Shown one piece after another: positions 13,412 through 29,233 of a stretch of 64,000 nucleotides of DNA. The DNA comes from the human T2T-CHM13v2.0 reference genome, Homo sapiens. The notes beneath the pieces are model-generated. The model made no database searches. It saw nothing but the letters and a program-made list of their open reading frames with translations, and had not been told where the DNA came from. Positions within the stretch are counted from its first letter, which is position 1. Each line of letters starts with the position of its first letter. Position numbers and translations under genes: made by a program. The stretch lies in the NCBI RefSeq assembly GCF_009914755.1, contig NC_060930.1, one strand, 5' to 3'.

Positions 13412-14449
<1,038 letters not shown>

Positions 14450-14480
14450 ACACAAAAATACCATTGAACCTTAAATTTCA

Positions 14481-15163
14481 TGTTACAGGGAAGTGACATC
14501 CCAAAGACTCCCAGGATGGCTAAACAGTAGAAAGGAGAACTTTTATTGGTGATACTGGTTTGTAAGCTGGGAAGAGGAAGTCTCCAGCATAGACTGAAGG
14601 TGCTCTCTCTTTGAAGAGGAAAAGGACAGACTGGGTTTTATGCCTCACCAGTTCTGTATTACACAGTGGAGTCATATATATTCAGCAGGTTTGGGGGAAA
14701 AGCTACATATTTATGAGGAGAGCTGAGTACAAGCACAATGAGTAAACATTTATGTAACATATACCCCATATTCACTTTGTGGTGGGGTTTTAGCATTAAA
14801 ATGAGATGGAATTTCACTATCTATATCAAAAGGTGAACAAAAGCACACAAAGACTTTGTGCAGCCCCTATAAACTAGCTGAAACTGGTTTCTGGTCTCCA
14901 GTAGCTTATCGGAAAAGAATGTTTATAAGGCCCATCATCTGTCTAATCAAGTGGCCTGGGTTGTAAATCAGTTCTGAAAATTTGCCTGATAGCTCCTATT
15001 GTTAAGGAGTTAAACAAGAGGGTGGTTACTCTTATAGCCATAGGAATTTAGAAAAATGCCATGCCAGCCAGGCCCTGAACCCTTGACCCACAGGTAACTG
15101 TTTCCTTAACTTTAGGGTCTGTCTTAGTTGATTAAGGGGCATCATTTTGATCTTGCAGGTCAC
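14481..15163 (-). mobile_element. MER39-like ERV1 LTR
   Basis: TG...CA termini and characteristic tattcagcaggtttgggggaaaagcta / ggggttttagcattaaaatgag segments. Confidence 0.72.
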
Positions 15164-15164
15164 A

Positions 15165-15714
15165 GGAGGAAAAAAGCTCTTCCACTACCCTCTTAGGCTC
15201 AGTAGCTGGGGTCTATGAATCAAAATGATAAAGGACAGATTAACAGGAATAAAAACATACATATAACTACATATGGATATACAGGGTTTAACAAATGAAT
15301 GTGACTTAAGGACACAGTTAGAATTTGGGGCTTATATCCCATCTTAACAAAGGGAATGAAATACAGAGAAGAGTCTTGTTAGACAAAGAAGAAAAGGTTT
15401 GGGGCTTCTTGAGGGGGGTAAGTTGTGGGAAAGGGACTAAAAAGGGTACAGTAAATAAGGGTCATTTGTAAGGTTTTTTAAAATGCAAACTAGAGTCTTT
15501 TCAGGTGCCAAGAGTTGTCTTCAGAGTAGTTCTCTTCCTGATACTGGAGAGGGAGACACCTTTACAAATGGAACTTTATGTGCTGTTTTTAGTAAGATGG
15601 GGAAGGACAGGGAGATTTTTTTCTGTGTCTGCTTTTTCTTAAATGCTTTCAGCTGAAAATAGTTCTTATGCTATAGTGGCATATTTTTGGATGGTATATT
15701 CTTGTCCCCTTCCA
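15165..15714 (-). mobile_element. MER34-like ERV1 LTR
   Basis: Reverse of the MER34 5' motif gaatataccatccaaaaatatgccactatagcataagaactattttcagctgaaagca. Confidence 0.75.
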
Positions 15715-16489
15715 TGAGGAAATGAGTTTTGAGGTGACTGATAATACTACACCAGACTTTATAAGGGCCGTATTTGGACCTGCAATGAGTTCTGTCCTAT
15801 TTGAACTCAGAACATTAATTTTCTTTTGCTGTTTTTCACTTAAAAATATTCTAATTTCAAGGCAGTTTTATAGTGTGTGCAATATAGTACTGTAGTACTG
15901 CATGTATATATTTTATATGTAGTTGCATGTATTTGGGGTACATGAGAGCTTTTCTGTTCTTTGCTTTTGTTTTCACTGGTGAGTGCCTTCATAAAATGTC
16001 TAGTGGCCACTGGTCTGTGAACTTATTTGTGTTTATTAATGTACAAATAATGTCCTAACCTTTTATTTAAGTGTTCATGTGTATTTCTGTATAATTTGTA
16101 TATTTCAGTGGAGGGTGGTCTTTCCAACTTCATGTGTGTTCTTTGAAGCAAAAATTCCTCTTGGTATCTGACAGGTATCTAAGCTTATATTGTATGCATG
16201 ATAGGCACAAAATAAATATTCATTAATGAATTTCAAAAATCATATATAAAAGGAAGTTGTTGATTTTCATCGTTTACTCCAGAAATTTTTATGGATTCAT
16301 TACATAGCAGTTAGAAATGGTGATGGTAGATTGAGTAGATAAGTTAGAAATTGACATATTGAGAAGTAATAGGTGACACCCACAAAAGAAAAAGAAGAGT
16401 GAATATGTATGGCTTACTGAGATTATTTATTATGGGGCCACACAGCTTGATGGAGCTTGGTAACCCCTAGCTTAGGGCATTATTATATT

Positions 16490-16625
16490 GAAGCAAAGGA
16501 CAGTGATAGATGATTTCCAGTAATGACACTGTCTTTACTTTGATCTTGGACAAGCCATTTAATCTTTCTGGTCCTCAGTTTCCTCTTTCATAAAACGAAA
16601 TGACAGGGCTAGAAAGCTTTTGATG
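16490..16625 (+). mobile_element. MIR
   Basis: tgatcttggacaagccatttaatctttctggtcctcagtttcctc core. Confidence 0.7.
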
Positions 16626-17484
16626 TCTTTTAAAAATTTGAAATTCTACATGTACTCCGATTATCTGAGGCAGTCACCTTACCAAGTCACTTAGATTCGC
16701 TATATTCTCTATAATAAGAAAGGTAAACACGTTGTGGAAACATTTTTATTAGAATGCTTACTCTTTTTTCTTTTCTTTTCTTTCTTTTTTTATTTTTTTT
16801 GACCAAAAATGATTTGGGATGTAGTTCAGTTTTTTGACATTAAAAGGGCAAATTTGGATGAATAGGTGAAAGGTATATGAATTAAAGTTTTATAATAATA
16901 ACATATGGCATTTGTGATTAAACAGGAAGTGTTAAAGTAATGAACTCCCTACATCTGATGAAATGAAGCAGAAGCCACATGATCACTTATCAGGGATATT
17001 GTAGAAAATATTGACCAGTTGGGTAAAAATCCATTCAAACAGGCAACCTTCCTATCCAAGAGAAACTCCCCTAATGTTGGGGAACTCTTTGAGGTTACAT
17101 AAAGCAAGTTAGGCAGGTAGTTAGGGAGGTACTCTTTATGACATCTGTCCCCTTAGATTAGTCTTAATCTTGGGATGATGCCTTCTAAGGAGCTTGTCAG
17201 GATGCAGCCTTCCCACAGCTGCTGGGGAACTCTTTCCTCTTGCTCTGTTTTGGTGTCAGGCTTTGAGAGTTTCTTCTTTTTTTTCTTAATGTCTTATCCA
17301 ACAAAAGTAGTTATTTACAATTCGGAGTATTTTCTTTCACAGGTTTTTCTATGCATGTACCCTCTTTATAAAAATTGGACATAGTTTACATCCTGTTCTA
17401 TAACTTGCTACTTTCGTGTAACCATATATTGTGGACACATTTCCTTGTCAGCACTTGTAGATCTCTATAATTCTCAGTTTATAA

Positions 17485-17710
17485 AGTACTTACTGCGTGG
17501 CAGCACTTTTAAAGTGCTTTCACATATTAACATTTAACCCTCACGACAACCTCATGAGGTAGGAAATTCTATTACAGGTAAAGACGCTGAAGCAGAGAGA
17601 GGTTAAGTAATTCCCCTATGGTTATATAGTTAGTAAATAGCAGAGCCAGTGTTAGAACCCAGGCAGCCTGGCTTAAGTCTGGGTGCTAACTATTTTACTA
17701 CCCTGCTTCT
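17485..17710 (-). mobile_element. MIR
   Basis: tttaaccctcacgacaacctcatgaggtagg...gaggttaagtaa...agaacccaggcag. Confidence 0.8.
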
Positions 17711-17954
17711 CAAATGACCGTAAGGTTCCTTTTTGTGCCTATGCCGTGATTCATGTTAGCTACTCCTCGTGGTTGTACTTTTAGTTCTCTCCTGTTTCCT
17801 TTTTGCTGCTACAATGTGCCAGGCATACTCTAAGCCTGGTAGCATGCTTGTGGACTAAAATACGCCAAAATCCCCATCTTTATGACATTCATGCTCTGGA
17901 GGAAGGAGGTGGTTGGAGACAGACTATTAAAAGGTTAAATAAGAAAATTACATT

Positions 17955-18432
17955 GGCCTGGCACAGTGGCTCATGCCTGTAATCCCAGCACTTTGGGATG
18001 CCGAGATGGACAGATCACTTGAGCTCAGGAGTTTGAGACCAGGCTGGGCAAAACCCTGTGTCTAAAAAACAAAAACAACAAAAATCAAAAAGTATCTGGG
18101 GCATGGTGGCGTGTGCCTGTAGTCCTAGCTACTTGGGAGGCTGAGGCAGGAGAATCACTTGAACCTGGGAGGTGGAGGTTTCAGTGAGCTGAGATGGAGC
18201 CACACCCTGAAAAAAAAAGAAAGAAAGAGAAAGAAAAGAAAAGAAAGAAAGAAGCCAGACCCGAAAAGAAAGAAAGATAGATAGATGGAGCCCGACCCGA
18301 AAAAAAAGGAAGAAAGGAAGAAAGAGAAAGAAAGAAAAGAAAGGAAGAAAGAAAGAGAAAGAAAAGAAAGAAAGGAAAGAAAAGAAAGAAGGAAGGAAGG
18401 AAAGAAAAAGAAAAGAAAGAAAGAAAGAAAGA
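17955..18432 (+). mobile_element. Alu with truncated right arm and ~220-bp (GAAA/GGAA)n tail
   Basis: Alu body to ~18210, then purine microsatellite; TSD AAGAAAATTACAT / AAGAGATTACAT encloses both. Confidence 0.9.
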
Positions 18433-18479
18433 GATTACATGGTAGAGGAACAGGTGAGAAGTACTGTGAAAAAGAAATA

Positions 18480-18777
18480 GGCCAGGCGTGGTGACTCATG
18501 CCTGTAATCCCAGCACTTTGGGAGGCCGAGGCGGGCAGATCACTTGATGTCAGGGGTTTGAGACCAGCCTGGCCAACATGGTAAAACCCCGTCTCTACTA
18601 AAAATACAAAAATTAGCTGGGTGTGGTGGCACGTGCCTGTAATCCCAGCTACTCGGGAGGCTGAGGCAGGGAATTGCTTGAACCCGGGAGGTGGAGGTTG
18701 CAGTGAGCTGAGATCACACCACTGCACTCCAGCTGGGGCTAAGAAGCAAGACTCCGTCTCAAAAAAAAAAAAAAAAA
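18480..18777 (+). mobile_element. AluSx-like
   Basis: Full dimer, A-tail. Confidence 0.95.
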
Positions 18778-19964
18778 GAGAGAAGGAGAAATAAAGCAGG
18801 GAAGCAGCCAGTGGTGTTGCTGTGGAGTATAAGAGTTTTAAGCAGATGAGAGGGCGATGTGAGCAAAGTTGAGGCAGATGAAGGAAAGTGAGCCATGTGG
18901 ACATCTGGGCCAAGAATGTATCAGTGGAGAAACAGCAAGTGCCATGGCTTAATGTCAAGTGCATGCATGACTTTTTTTCAGGAACACTCAGAAGGCCTCT
19001 GTGGCTGAAACAGAGTGAATGAGGAAAGAGTAGGAGAAGATAAGGGAAGGAACGCAGAAGGGAGGACTGCCCAGGTAGTTAGAGCTTCGTAGGCCATTCT
19101 TATGAACTATTAGTCCTTGTGAGATGATGATATATGAAACGATTTTCAGGAGAAGAGTACCATGTTCTGGCTTCTGTTTTAAAATGACCACTGCTGTGTT
19201 GAGACCAAAGTCTAAGGGAATGAAGATGGAAGGCAGCAGGGAAAAAGTGTTACTGGCTTAGACCATGGTGGTAGCTGTGGGGATGGTGATAAGTGGCTTA
19301 AACCTGGACATATTTCTGAGGTATGTTGAAACATGGTATATTTCTGAGTGGGATTTGCTGATGGATTGAGTGTGAGAGAAGTTAAGAGTAATTCTAAGAG
19401 TTATGGGAAGAACTGGAAGGATGGACTTGCTGTTGACTGAGATTAACTTGCACAAATGACTTGATGCTGAATTTTTAAATCAAAGAACAAACTTACGGCC
19501 TTTAGTACTTTAGATACAGCTTTTAAGTCACTAGCCTGAGAAGCTAGGTAGTATATATGCTTCATTATCTTGAAGGATTGGAGTTTCAGTTGTAGAGAAG
19601 TGGAAACATGTGTCATAGAGACAAGCTGTCTATCAGGTGACATAAATAGGCGTTGACAGTAATTTTCAGGGTATGAAAGGTTCAGTTTGGCAGGTTCAGG
19701 AATTTGATTTTTTAGGTTTACCTAGAGTTAAATGGGCCCAGGCACAGAACTCATAAGTAACCAGTCTCATCCATTCAGTTTGTCATGGAGCCCCATCAGA
19801 CCATAGCCAACAGCAGCCAGCCTCCCAGGATGACAAGATCTCTCCCCTTACCTTGCTGCCAGGACATCTGGTGAAAGATTTCCAGGGAGGATGACCTGTA
19901 GCAGCCAGCCTGGTAGGACTCAGAAGCATCATCTTCTCTCTTTTTTTAAACATTATTTTTTAAT

Positions 19965-20503
<539 letters not shown>

Positions 20504-21326
20504 ACAAGTATCTTCTTACAAGTCTAAGGAATCATTCCCGTTGTCTGCACTTGGTTCACTTTGGAGCCATAAGGCTAGTTAAGCCCCTCTGATGCGTGTT
20601 TTATTTTTACTGTACTTCTCATTCATTACTCATTGTGCGAGCACCACAGTCACCATTTTCTAATTTCTGCAGGTACCACCTTTGACTTTTCTCCATCGTT
20701 TACTTTTCCGCCCTTCATTTTTCCCATGTAGTTTCTTTTTCAAACTTTTTGTATGTGTCTCATTGAATTTCTCTTTCTATAATGAACCAAGTTTTTAAAG
20801 ACCCTTAACCTCTTCACAGAAGTCTGTATACGTATCCTCATTTCTTCCCCTTAAAATAAAGCTACAAAACATTTAAACTAATCTTTCACAGACCCTTGTT
20901 GCCCTTGTAAAGCAGATGGAAACACAGTAACAGGTGGCACTGTAGGCTGGGGAGGACTCTTAGTCTCAGCTGCCCAGCCGCCCCAGTGCCCCTGACCTTC
21001 TCCCTCAGGGACCTCAGTGGGAGTCAGGGTGATGGAGTCATGCTTTCAGGGAAAACCACTTCTCCTGCATAACATTGGTATCCTTGGGTCTCTTGATAAA
21101 GGTGCATGATGACTGTCCCACAGCTACTTGCAGCTGTCCTTGCCATCTCCACATCTCTGTTCTTCCATTCTTCCCTTTTACATGAAAACTTGGCTTCTAA
21201 AGCATATTTCTTCCTTCTCGCTCTAAACTGTGAACTTTAGATCAGTGACTATCTTTGTGTCTTTATTTTTCCTTGTGTCTGGCATGTGATACATGAACAA
21301 ATTGTAGAATGAAAACATGAAATGCT

Positions 21327-21570
21327 TGTGAACAAAAGTTCTCTGAAAAAGGGATTTGGAGGAAACAGACTTTATTCCAGTGCACCATGACACCCGGCTA
21401 TTTGAAGCCTTTAGTGTAAAACAAAGGTGCATTCTAGAGAATGAAGAGGAGGCTTGAGTTGTATAACAAAAGTTCCCACCCAGGTTTCCAATCAGGTCCA
21501 TTTGTGCAAATGAAGGATTGAAACTTGCTTAGTTTTGATTGGCCAACACAGCTGAGTTCTGATTGTTGAA
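21327..21570 (-). mobile_element. MER31-like ERV1 LTR fragment
   Basis: tgtgaacaaaagttctctgaaaaagggatttggaggaaacagactttattccag and repeated ctgattgg motifs. Confidence 0.7.
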
Positions 21571-21742
21571 TGCAATAAGGTTTTTGAAATATGGTATTCA
21601 TGGAATCTGGAGATCTTGGGTGCTCCTGCCAGCTCCAGCACTAACTATGGAAACTGTGGGACTTTAGGCCTCAATCATTGCCTCTTCTTAAATCTTAATC
21701 TTCTCATCTGTGAAGTAAGGGAATGATATTTTGTCATCTTTA

Positions 21743-22168
<426 letters not shown>

Positions 22169-22679
22169 TTACTCAAGTTAATGCTCTAGAAAAGGGTACC
22201 TCTCTTTATTTAGAAATATGTTTCAAGAAAAAATGACCCATTATATTAAATTTATATTGTTTTTATATTAGCATTTCAAGGCTATCTGAAGTGAAGAAAT
22301 GGAAATTAATACTATTTTAAATTTTCTTCAGGTATTATTCTTATCACCATTCATATTTTGCAGGATAAAAGCTTTTAAAAATATGTCTGTGCTGGGTACA
22401 TTTTTAAAGGAAATTTTTTTAAGGCTTTTATTAACCTGAACAAAGCTAACCAGACAAAAAGAACAAGCTGTAAGAAGGTACTGTTGAGAACAAAAATACT
22501 GTGTGAATTTGCATTAAAACTTTGCTACTTTATTTGGTGACTTGTAAAGTATGGTGTTAATATTCCATGACAGCTATGATTTCGGCTTAGATTATAGTTC
22601 TGGTCTGCCTTAGAATTTTAAAGCCAAATTTAAAAAAATAATGAAATAATTTTTTCCCCAAAGCCAATGTAATTCCACA

Positions 22680-23086
22680 TCATTGCCCAGGCTGGTCTCA
22701 AACGCCTTCCTGGGCTCAAGCTATACACCTGCCTAGGCCTCCCAAAGAGCTGGGATAAAGGGGCAAGTTGCTGCACCTCTTTTTTTTTTTTTTTTTTTTT
22801 TTTTGAGATGGAGTCTCACTGTGTTGCCTGAGCTGGAGTGCAGTGGTGCGATCTTGGCTCACTGCAACCTCCACCTCCCTGGTTCAAGCAATTCCCTGCC
22901 TCAGCCTCCTGAGTGGCTGGGATTACAGGTGCATGCCACCATGCCCGGCTAATTTTTTTGTATTTTTAGTAGAGATGGGTTTCACCACGTTGGCCAGACT
23001 GGTCTCGAACTCCTGACCTTAGGCAACCCACCCGCCTTGGCCTCCCAAAGTGCTGGGATTTCAGGCGTGAGCCACTGCATCCGACC
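22680..23086 (-). mobile_element. Alu left-arm fragment (22680-22775) plus full AluS (22780-23086)
   Basis: Alu consensus segments and T-tail. Confidence 0.9.
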
Positions 23087-23161
23087 TTCTCTTTTTTTAA
23101 AAAACTAATTTCAACTTTTATTTTAGATTCAGTGGGTACATGTGCAGATTTGTTACATGGG

Positions 23162-23518
23162 TGTATTAGTTCATTCTCATGCTACAAATAAAGACATACC
23201 TGAGACTGGGTAATTTATTAAAAAAAAGAGGTTTAATTGACTCAGTTCTGCATGGCTGGGAAAGCCTCAGGAAACTTACAATCATGGCAGAAGGCACCTC
23301 TTTACAGGGGAGCAGGAGGCAGAATGAGAGCTGAGCAAATGGGAAAGCCCCTTATAAACCATCAGATCTCATGAGAACTTACTATCATGAGAACAGCATG
23401 AGGGAAACGACTCCTATGATTCAGTTACCTCCCACTGGGCTCCTCCCGTGATATGTGAGTATTATGGGAACTACAATTCAAGATGAGATTTGGGTGGGGA
23501 CACAGCCAAACCATATCA
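23162..23518 (-). mobile_element. THE1 (MaLR) solo LTR inserted into an L1 3' tip
   Basis: tgtattagttcattctcatgct...cagccaaaccatatca; near 5-bp TSD ATGGG / ATGG(T); L1 terminus 23105-23161 resumes after it. Confidence 0.9.
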
Positions 23519-24073
23519 ATGGTATAGTGTGTGAATTACTTAATCATGCACCTCAATTTTTCTTTGAATTTTTTGGTGTTCTTATTCCCTTAAAATAAGC
23601 TTTCGCCTATTTCATGTCACGAGAACATTGTCCCTGAGTTGTTATATATTGGCTGTACTGTTTTCAAGTATTCTGCATGACTAATTACATAATGGCTATT
23701 ACCCTGATTAAGTGCTATGTAAGTGCTAACCACAGTTTTTATTGTCATAGTATCATTGGTTCTTTGTTTTCACCTATTATTTTTGATCCTATAGAAATGT
23801 TTGTACACCTCTATAAAACTGTAATGTTTTATATTCAATTGGATTCTCTCACACTTTGACACTGCTGCATCCGCTGTCATCAACTATCACTTTGAAATCT
23901 ATCCTCACTTATTCTCAGCCAGACAACTTGCATTTCAGAGATTTGATGGGCATTGCTAGAATCTCAGATTCAGTGTGTCCTATGTTAATTTATTACCTTC
24001 TATCCCAGTGCTCAGCTCTGACAACCAGTGGAACAACTATTTCTTTTTTTTTTTTCTCTCTGTTTTCTTAAGC

Positions 24074-24287
24074 TGTGGATTAGCAAACTATTAGCAAACT
24101 ATGGCCTGCTGCCTGTTTTTGTAAATAAAGTTTTATTAATGTTAGATGCCCATTCGTGTAAGTATTGTCTATGGCTGCTTTTGCACTAAGGTGGCAGAGT
24201 TTAAGAAGTTGCAACAGAGACCTTATGACCAGCAAAGCTGAAAGTTTTGACTTTTGGTCCCTTTATAGAAAAGTTTGCTGACCCCTA
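24074..24287. mobile_element. MER58A (hAT-Charlie)
   Basis: gcaaactatggcc...gtttttgtaaataaagttttatt...aaaagtttgctgacccct. Confidence 0.85.
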
Positions 24288-24404
24288 CTTTAGACTAAAA
24301 CTTTGGCATTATCTTTGATTCCTCCTTTGGTATTTTTCAAGTATATTCTAGCAAGAGAACTAATCTCCATTTCTGTAATCATCATCATCTTTTTAAAAAT
24401 CTTC

Positions 24405-24753
<349 letters not shown>

Positions 24754-26402
24754 TTAATTTCCTCACCTCCTGGCTTCTTTTCCCCTTCTATTTAGGGCAA
24801 ACAGAAGGGGAATGTCGATGTCAAATGTATTGACATTTTACACTATGTCACCAGTGTTATGTTCTCAAAGTTCCACTCTGCCACCAAAACTTAAGAGATT
24901 TCCATATTGCCCACAAAATTAGAGACTCTCAACCCTCTTAAGATTCTTTCTACAGTATAAGCCCTCTCATTCTCCCAATTACAGAAATTATTTCTATTAA
25001 TATAATGAAATACTTTCCTCCTCCTTGTCTTTGTTCATGTTCTAACAACTGCCCTGCGCTTTCTGTGCCTCCATCTCCATTTTTCCTACTCCTGTCTTGC
25101 CAATAAAAATCCTCCTAGATTTCCTCATGAAGCTTTTTCCTGTGTTTTCCTTTCTGCATATTCTTTTTGACTTCGTGGTATGTTAGCTATCCATCTCACT
25201 GTCACCAAGGACACCTTACTGAATGCTGTGTTTTTAACGTTCTTTTATATTTCAAATATTATAAACCATAAGCTTGTTGAGTGCAAAGCACTTGTCTTCT
25301 TCATTACCGTGTTCTCTTAAACACTGAGTGTAATGATGTCTTAGATATGCTTAATAAGAAATTGAATAGCATTTTAGGAAGCAGGCTTTTTGAATTTGGA
25401 TTTAATTATTAGTCATCTCAATGTCTCTTGGATGTTTGGCAGAAATTCTAGGTGTTATAATGAAAGTTCTTGAAAAACTTGATGTTAACGTCTTTGTATA
25501 CATGGCTAATGAAAATGGAAAGATTTTTTTGTTTGATAAGGTATTTCACATTTAATACAAGAAAAGTATTTATATGCAATGATGTGCTTGGTACTGATAA
25601 AAAGTAAAACCAGGTGGCAGAGCCAGGCAATAATTCTCTTGGATGTGTTATGCAATCTACCAAAGTCAGATTTGTTTTTATTTCGTTAACAAGCTTTTTC
25701 AAGATTCCAAGAAGAAAAATTATATCAAAGTGTTCTTAGAAGCTATTGAAATGAAATGCAGGTGCCGTTAAAATAGTATTTTGTACTCTGTCTATTCATT
25801 TATTTAATCATTCTCTCTGTACTTCCCAGAAAATTTTGATGTGGCTGTTCATCACAAAGAGCCCAATTTTTTGTTGGCATCTAGTTCTGAATTTGTACTC
25901 TTGAAAAAGTTGACAAAGACAAAGAAGTGTGCCAGGTTTAGAGACCTTTTACTTTGTAGTAGTACAGTTTAATGTCACACCGACAGAAACTCAGCTGCTA
26001 ATACCCTTACCTTTCTCAGTTGGTTTCAGAAACCTAGAGGTTGCTTGTAGTGGTGGGAGGAGGGACCCAATTGGGTACATAACACGCAGTGCCCAAAGAC
26101 TCAGCAATAAAAGTGAACAAAGCATCAAAACACACTCCAATACCCGTACACATGCAAAAGAATTAAAGACTTGAAAATTTAATTTTAAGATGGGCAAAGG
26201 ATTTGACTAGTTTCTAGGAGAGGATATAAGTTCTGCTTTGTTCACTACTGTCTTCTAGCACAAAATAAATGTTTGCTATATATATGCATACCCGAGTGAA
26301 TAATGTCACATCAAAACATATTGCTAGCACCCTCTTGAGTAAAGAAATGCTTAAAAAATAGCCATATATGTATACTTTTGAGCCAGCATTTCTACTTCTT
26401 AG

Positions 26403-26779
<377 letters not shown>

Positions 26780-27435
26780 TAATCCAGAAATACTTTCTCA
26801 AATCTTCAAATATGTTTGTATGTACAAAGCACCAGCTTGTTTTCCCATATATGCTTGCATATGTGAGGGATAGTCTTGTGTCTGGAAGTAAGCATATGCA
26901 GTCAACTTTAGCATGTCTCTAGGGAGCAGGACTGAGGAGATGGGGGAATTACTAGCACGTAGGGTATTATACCTTTTATTTACTCTTCTCTGTTTCAGTT
27001 TTTTTAAAGTATATTTTACTTTTATATTGGTCAAAAGACTAGGAAATAGTCTATTAAGTTTTAGGCATATTTTCATTAACATTTAAAATAAGTAACCTAC
27101 TTGGAGAGTTAGCTTGCCTATCTGGAAAATGCAGTTTTCAAGAATGATTCATATCCTTGGGAATAAAGTAAAAAATAATGAATTTTTTTGTTTTATAATG
27201 AGACGGTAATGAATGGCATTATCAGATTGGACTGCTGTTGTGTTCTTTAATGCTGCGATAAATAGACATATTGTACAGAAGTTTTATTATGTGTTCTTTA
27301 ACCAGTTGTAAGAAAATCTTGTTTCATGTGAGATAGGCCTGTTATTATTTGGAGAACTAATATGCACTAACAACAGTTTCCAAGAGTATACCCATGAGCA
27401 AAGGAATTCACATTGTCTTCTCTTCAATCTTTTAG

Positions 27436-27532
27436 AAAAGCTCAAGAGGAGAACAAGAAAATCGTACTGGCTGGATGCGTTCCTCAAGCCCAGCCTCGCC
27501 AGGACTACCTTAAGGGACTGAGTATCATTGGG
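27436..27532 (+). CDS. CDKAL1: CDKAL1 internal coding exon (97 bp; probably canonical exon 6), N-terminal methylthiotransferase (UPF0004) domain
   Basis: Acceptor tcttcaatcttttag and donor GGG|gtaagc. After one phase base it reads [32 protein letters not shown], recognised as CDKAL1. Contains the conserved MTTase AGC cysteine motif. Confidence 0.97.
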
Positions 27533-27889
27533 GTAAGCTTGTACCTGATGCAAAAAGAGAAAATCTTACATTGTTAACACCTGTAATAGCTCCGCATTTT
27601 ATTTTCTGTTTGTAGGTTATTTGTAAGCTATGTTACACTTATGGCTGTCCTAAACATATTTTCCTTATTGTCCCTGAAACTGTCATTTCTGTCTAACTTT
27701 TTCACCTTAGCACAAAAACATGTGTTAGTTTCTCTCATTAAGAAAGAGCAACACAATAAAAAGCCATAGTGTGGAATTTACATCCCTTAATAACCCGGTC
27801 TTTGGCTGTCTGTTACCATCGCTTTCCAAGTCATTACAGTTTTTCCACCTCACTCAGCTACTTGCTTTTCGCCCCCTAGTACATCAATG

Positions 27890-28200
27890 CCTTTTTTCAA
27901 ATGCCCCACTTCCCTTATACCTACCACCACAAGTCTCAGCTCCAACATGACAACATTCTGTGAAGCCTTCTCTGCCTACTCCGTGTAGTCCACCATAATT
28001 ATTCTCTCTAGTTTCTCTTTGCTTACTGTGCAGTTACCTGTCGTATAATTCTTTGAATAAAGCCCACCTGTCTATTTAAATTGTTAGCCTCATGCGAATA
28101 GTTTTTCAATCTTTTTTTAAAACTCTCACCATGTTTCTCTAGCCTTTCCTGTGATACCTGGCACATAGTAAGCACTCAATAAGTGTTTGTTGATTGCCTG
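27890..28200 (+). mobile_element. L2 3' end
   Basis: cctggcacatagtaagcactcaataagtgtttgttga terminus. Confidence 0.65.
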
Positions 28201-29105
28201 AAAAAAATCTTCCCGTTGTATTTCTGTTGTTAGCATACTTTTTTTTGGGGGGCGTGGGCAGTCAGCTCTGTGAAGTAAGGAGACTACTGTCTATTCTCTC
28301 TCTCTTGTTCTTTGTAGTCAATTACTCTTTGACTGAGTAAAAATGCCCTGAAGTAGCTGATATTCAGTCAATATTTGTTGATCAAATGATGGTGCTTCTT
28401 CCTTCCCAACATTCTACTGAAGCTGTAGGTGATAAGCTCAGCAATGTTGTTTGTTTAAAAAGGCTACATTAATTTAAAAAAATATGTAAAAACATCATAT
28501 GCTCATAGAAGAAGTTTACATAATTAATTGGCATCTGCTTTGAACTTTATGATAGATTTTTCCTTATTTGATATACTACTGACAGGTTCTTGTATCATGT
28601 TCTCAGTGTAATGAACTTGTTTTCTGCTGTGAAGTCCTTACCCCACTAGCAAATTTAATAATCTTTGAACAAACATTCTCACTTTCAACAAACAGAACCT
28701 GAATGTTTGGTAACTTTAGTTTGTTTTCACCATTTGTCTGTTTACATTTTGATTTTTCTTGGTTTAAGGAATGAAATGAATATGGGACTCCCGAGTTATC
28801 TTTTCATGTCAGACTAACTTTCTCTATAAACATAATCCTGCTGTGGTAGGGAAATAGGAAACTAGTTGGAAGTCTTTTTTAGAGATGGAATGTGGTAAAA
28901 ACTTGGAGTTGATCTTAGATTTCATCTCAAGGAATTACGTTAGAGAATAGCAGAATTTCTCTAGTATGGCAAAAGGCTCTTCTCTGCATACATTTTGGCA
29001 ACATTTTTTAAAATGCCATTGTGTGCCGGGAAAAGCGTATGTTAGGATGTACAGGAGATTCTCCAGATGCAGTGTAAGGGAGGACACTTAGTGCTATTAA
29101 TATGA

Positions 29106-29183
29106 GTTTATTTGCCAATGTCACAGCTTTGTGTCAGTCCAATTTTCAGGGCCGACACAAAGCTGTGACACTGGCAGATAAAC
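29106..29183. repeat. Inverted repeat, 35-bp arms with 8-nt spacer
   Basis: GTTTATTTGCCAATGTCACAGCTTTGTGTCAGTCC-AATTTTCA-GGGCCGACACAAAGCTGTGACACTGGCAGATAAAC; 31 of 35 positions are Watson-Crick pairs. Confidence 0.95.
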
Positions 29184-29233
29184 ATTTTTTTTTCTATTTA
29201 ATCCCACACCTTTGTTGTTCTGTGGTTAACATT

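Larger units (their letters stand above)
17810..19450 (-). mobile_element. L2 interrupted by two Alus
   Basis: L2 3' motifs (atgtgccaggcatactctaagc; gaaggcctctgtggctgaaacagagtgaatgagg). Confidence 0.7.

Noticed and set aside
18155-18964. 269-aa ORF, the longest in the track
   Set aside because: Composed of L2, antisense Alu and (TTTC)n translation (F/S/L runs); not a gene.
25800-25940. Strong acceptor tcattctctctgtacttcccag as a possible extra exon
   Set aside because: Only a weak donor (CAG|GTTTAG) follows, there is no CDKAL1-like translation, and such acceptors are common by chance.
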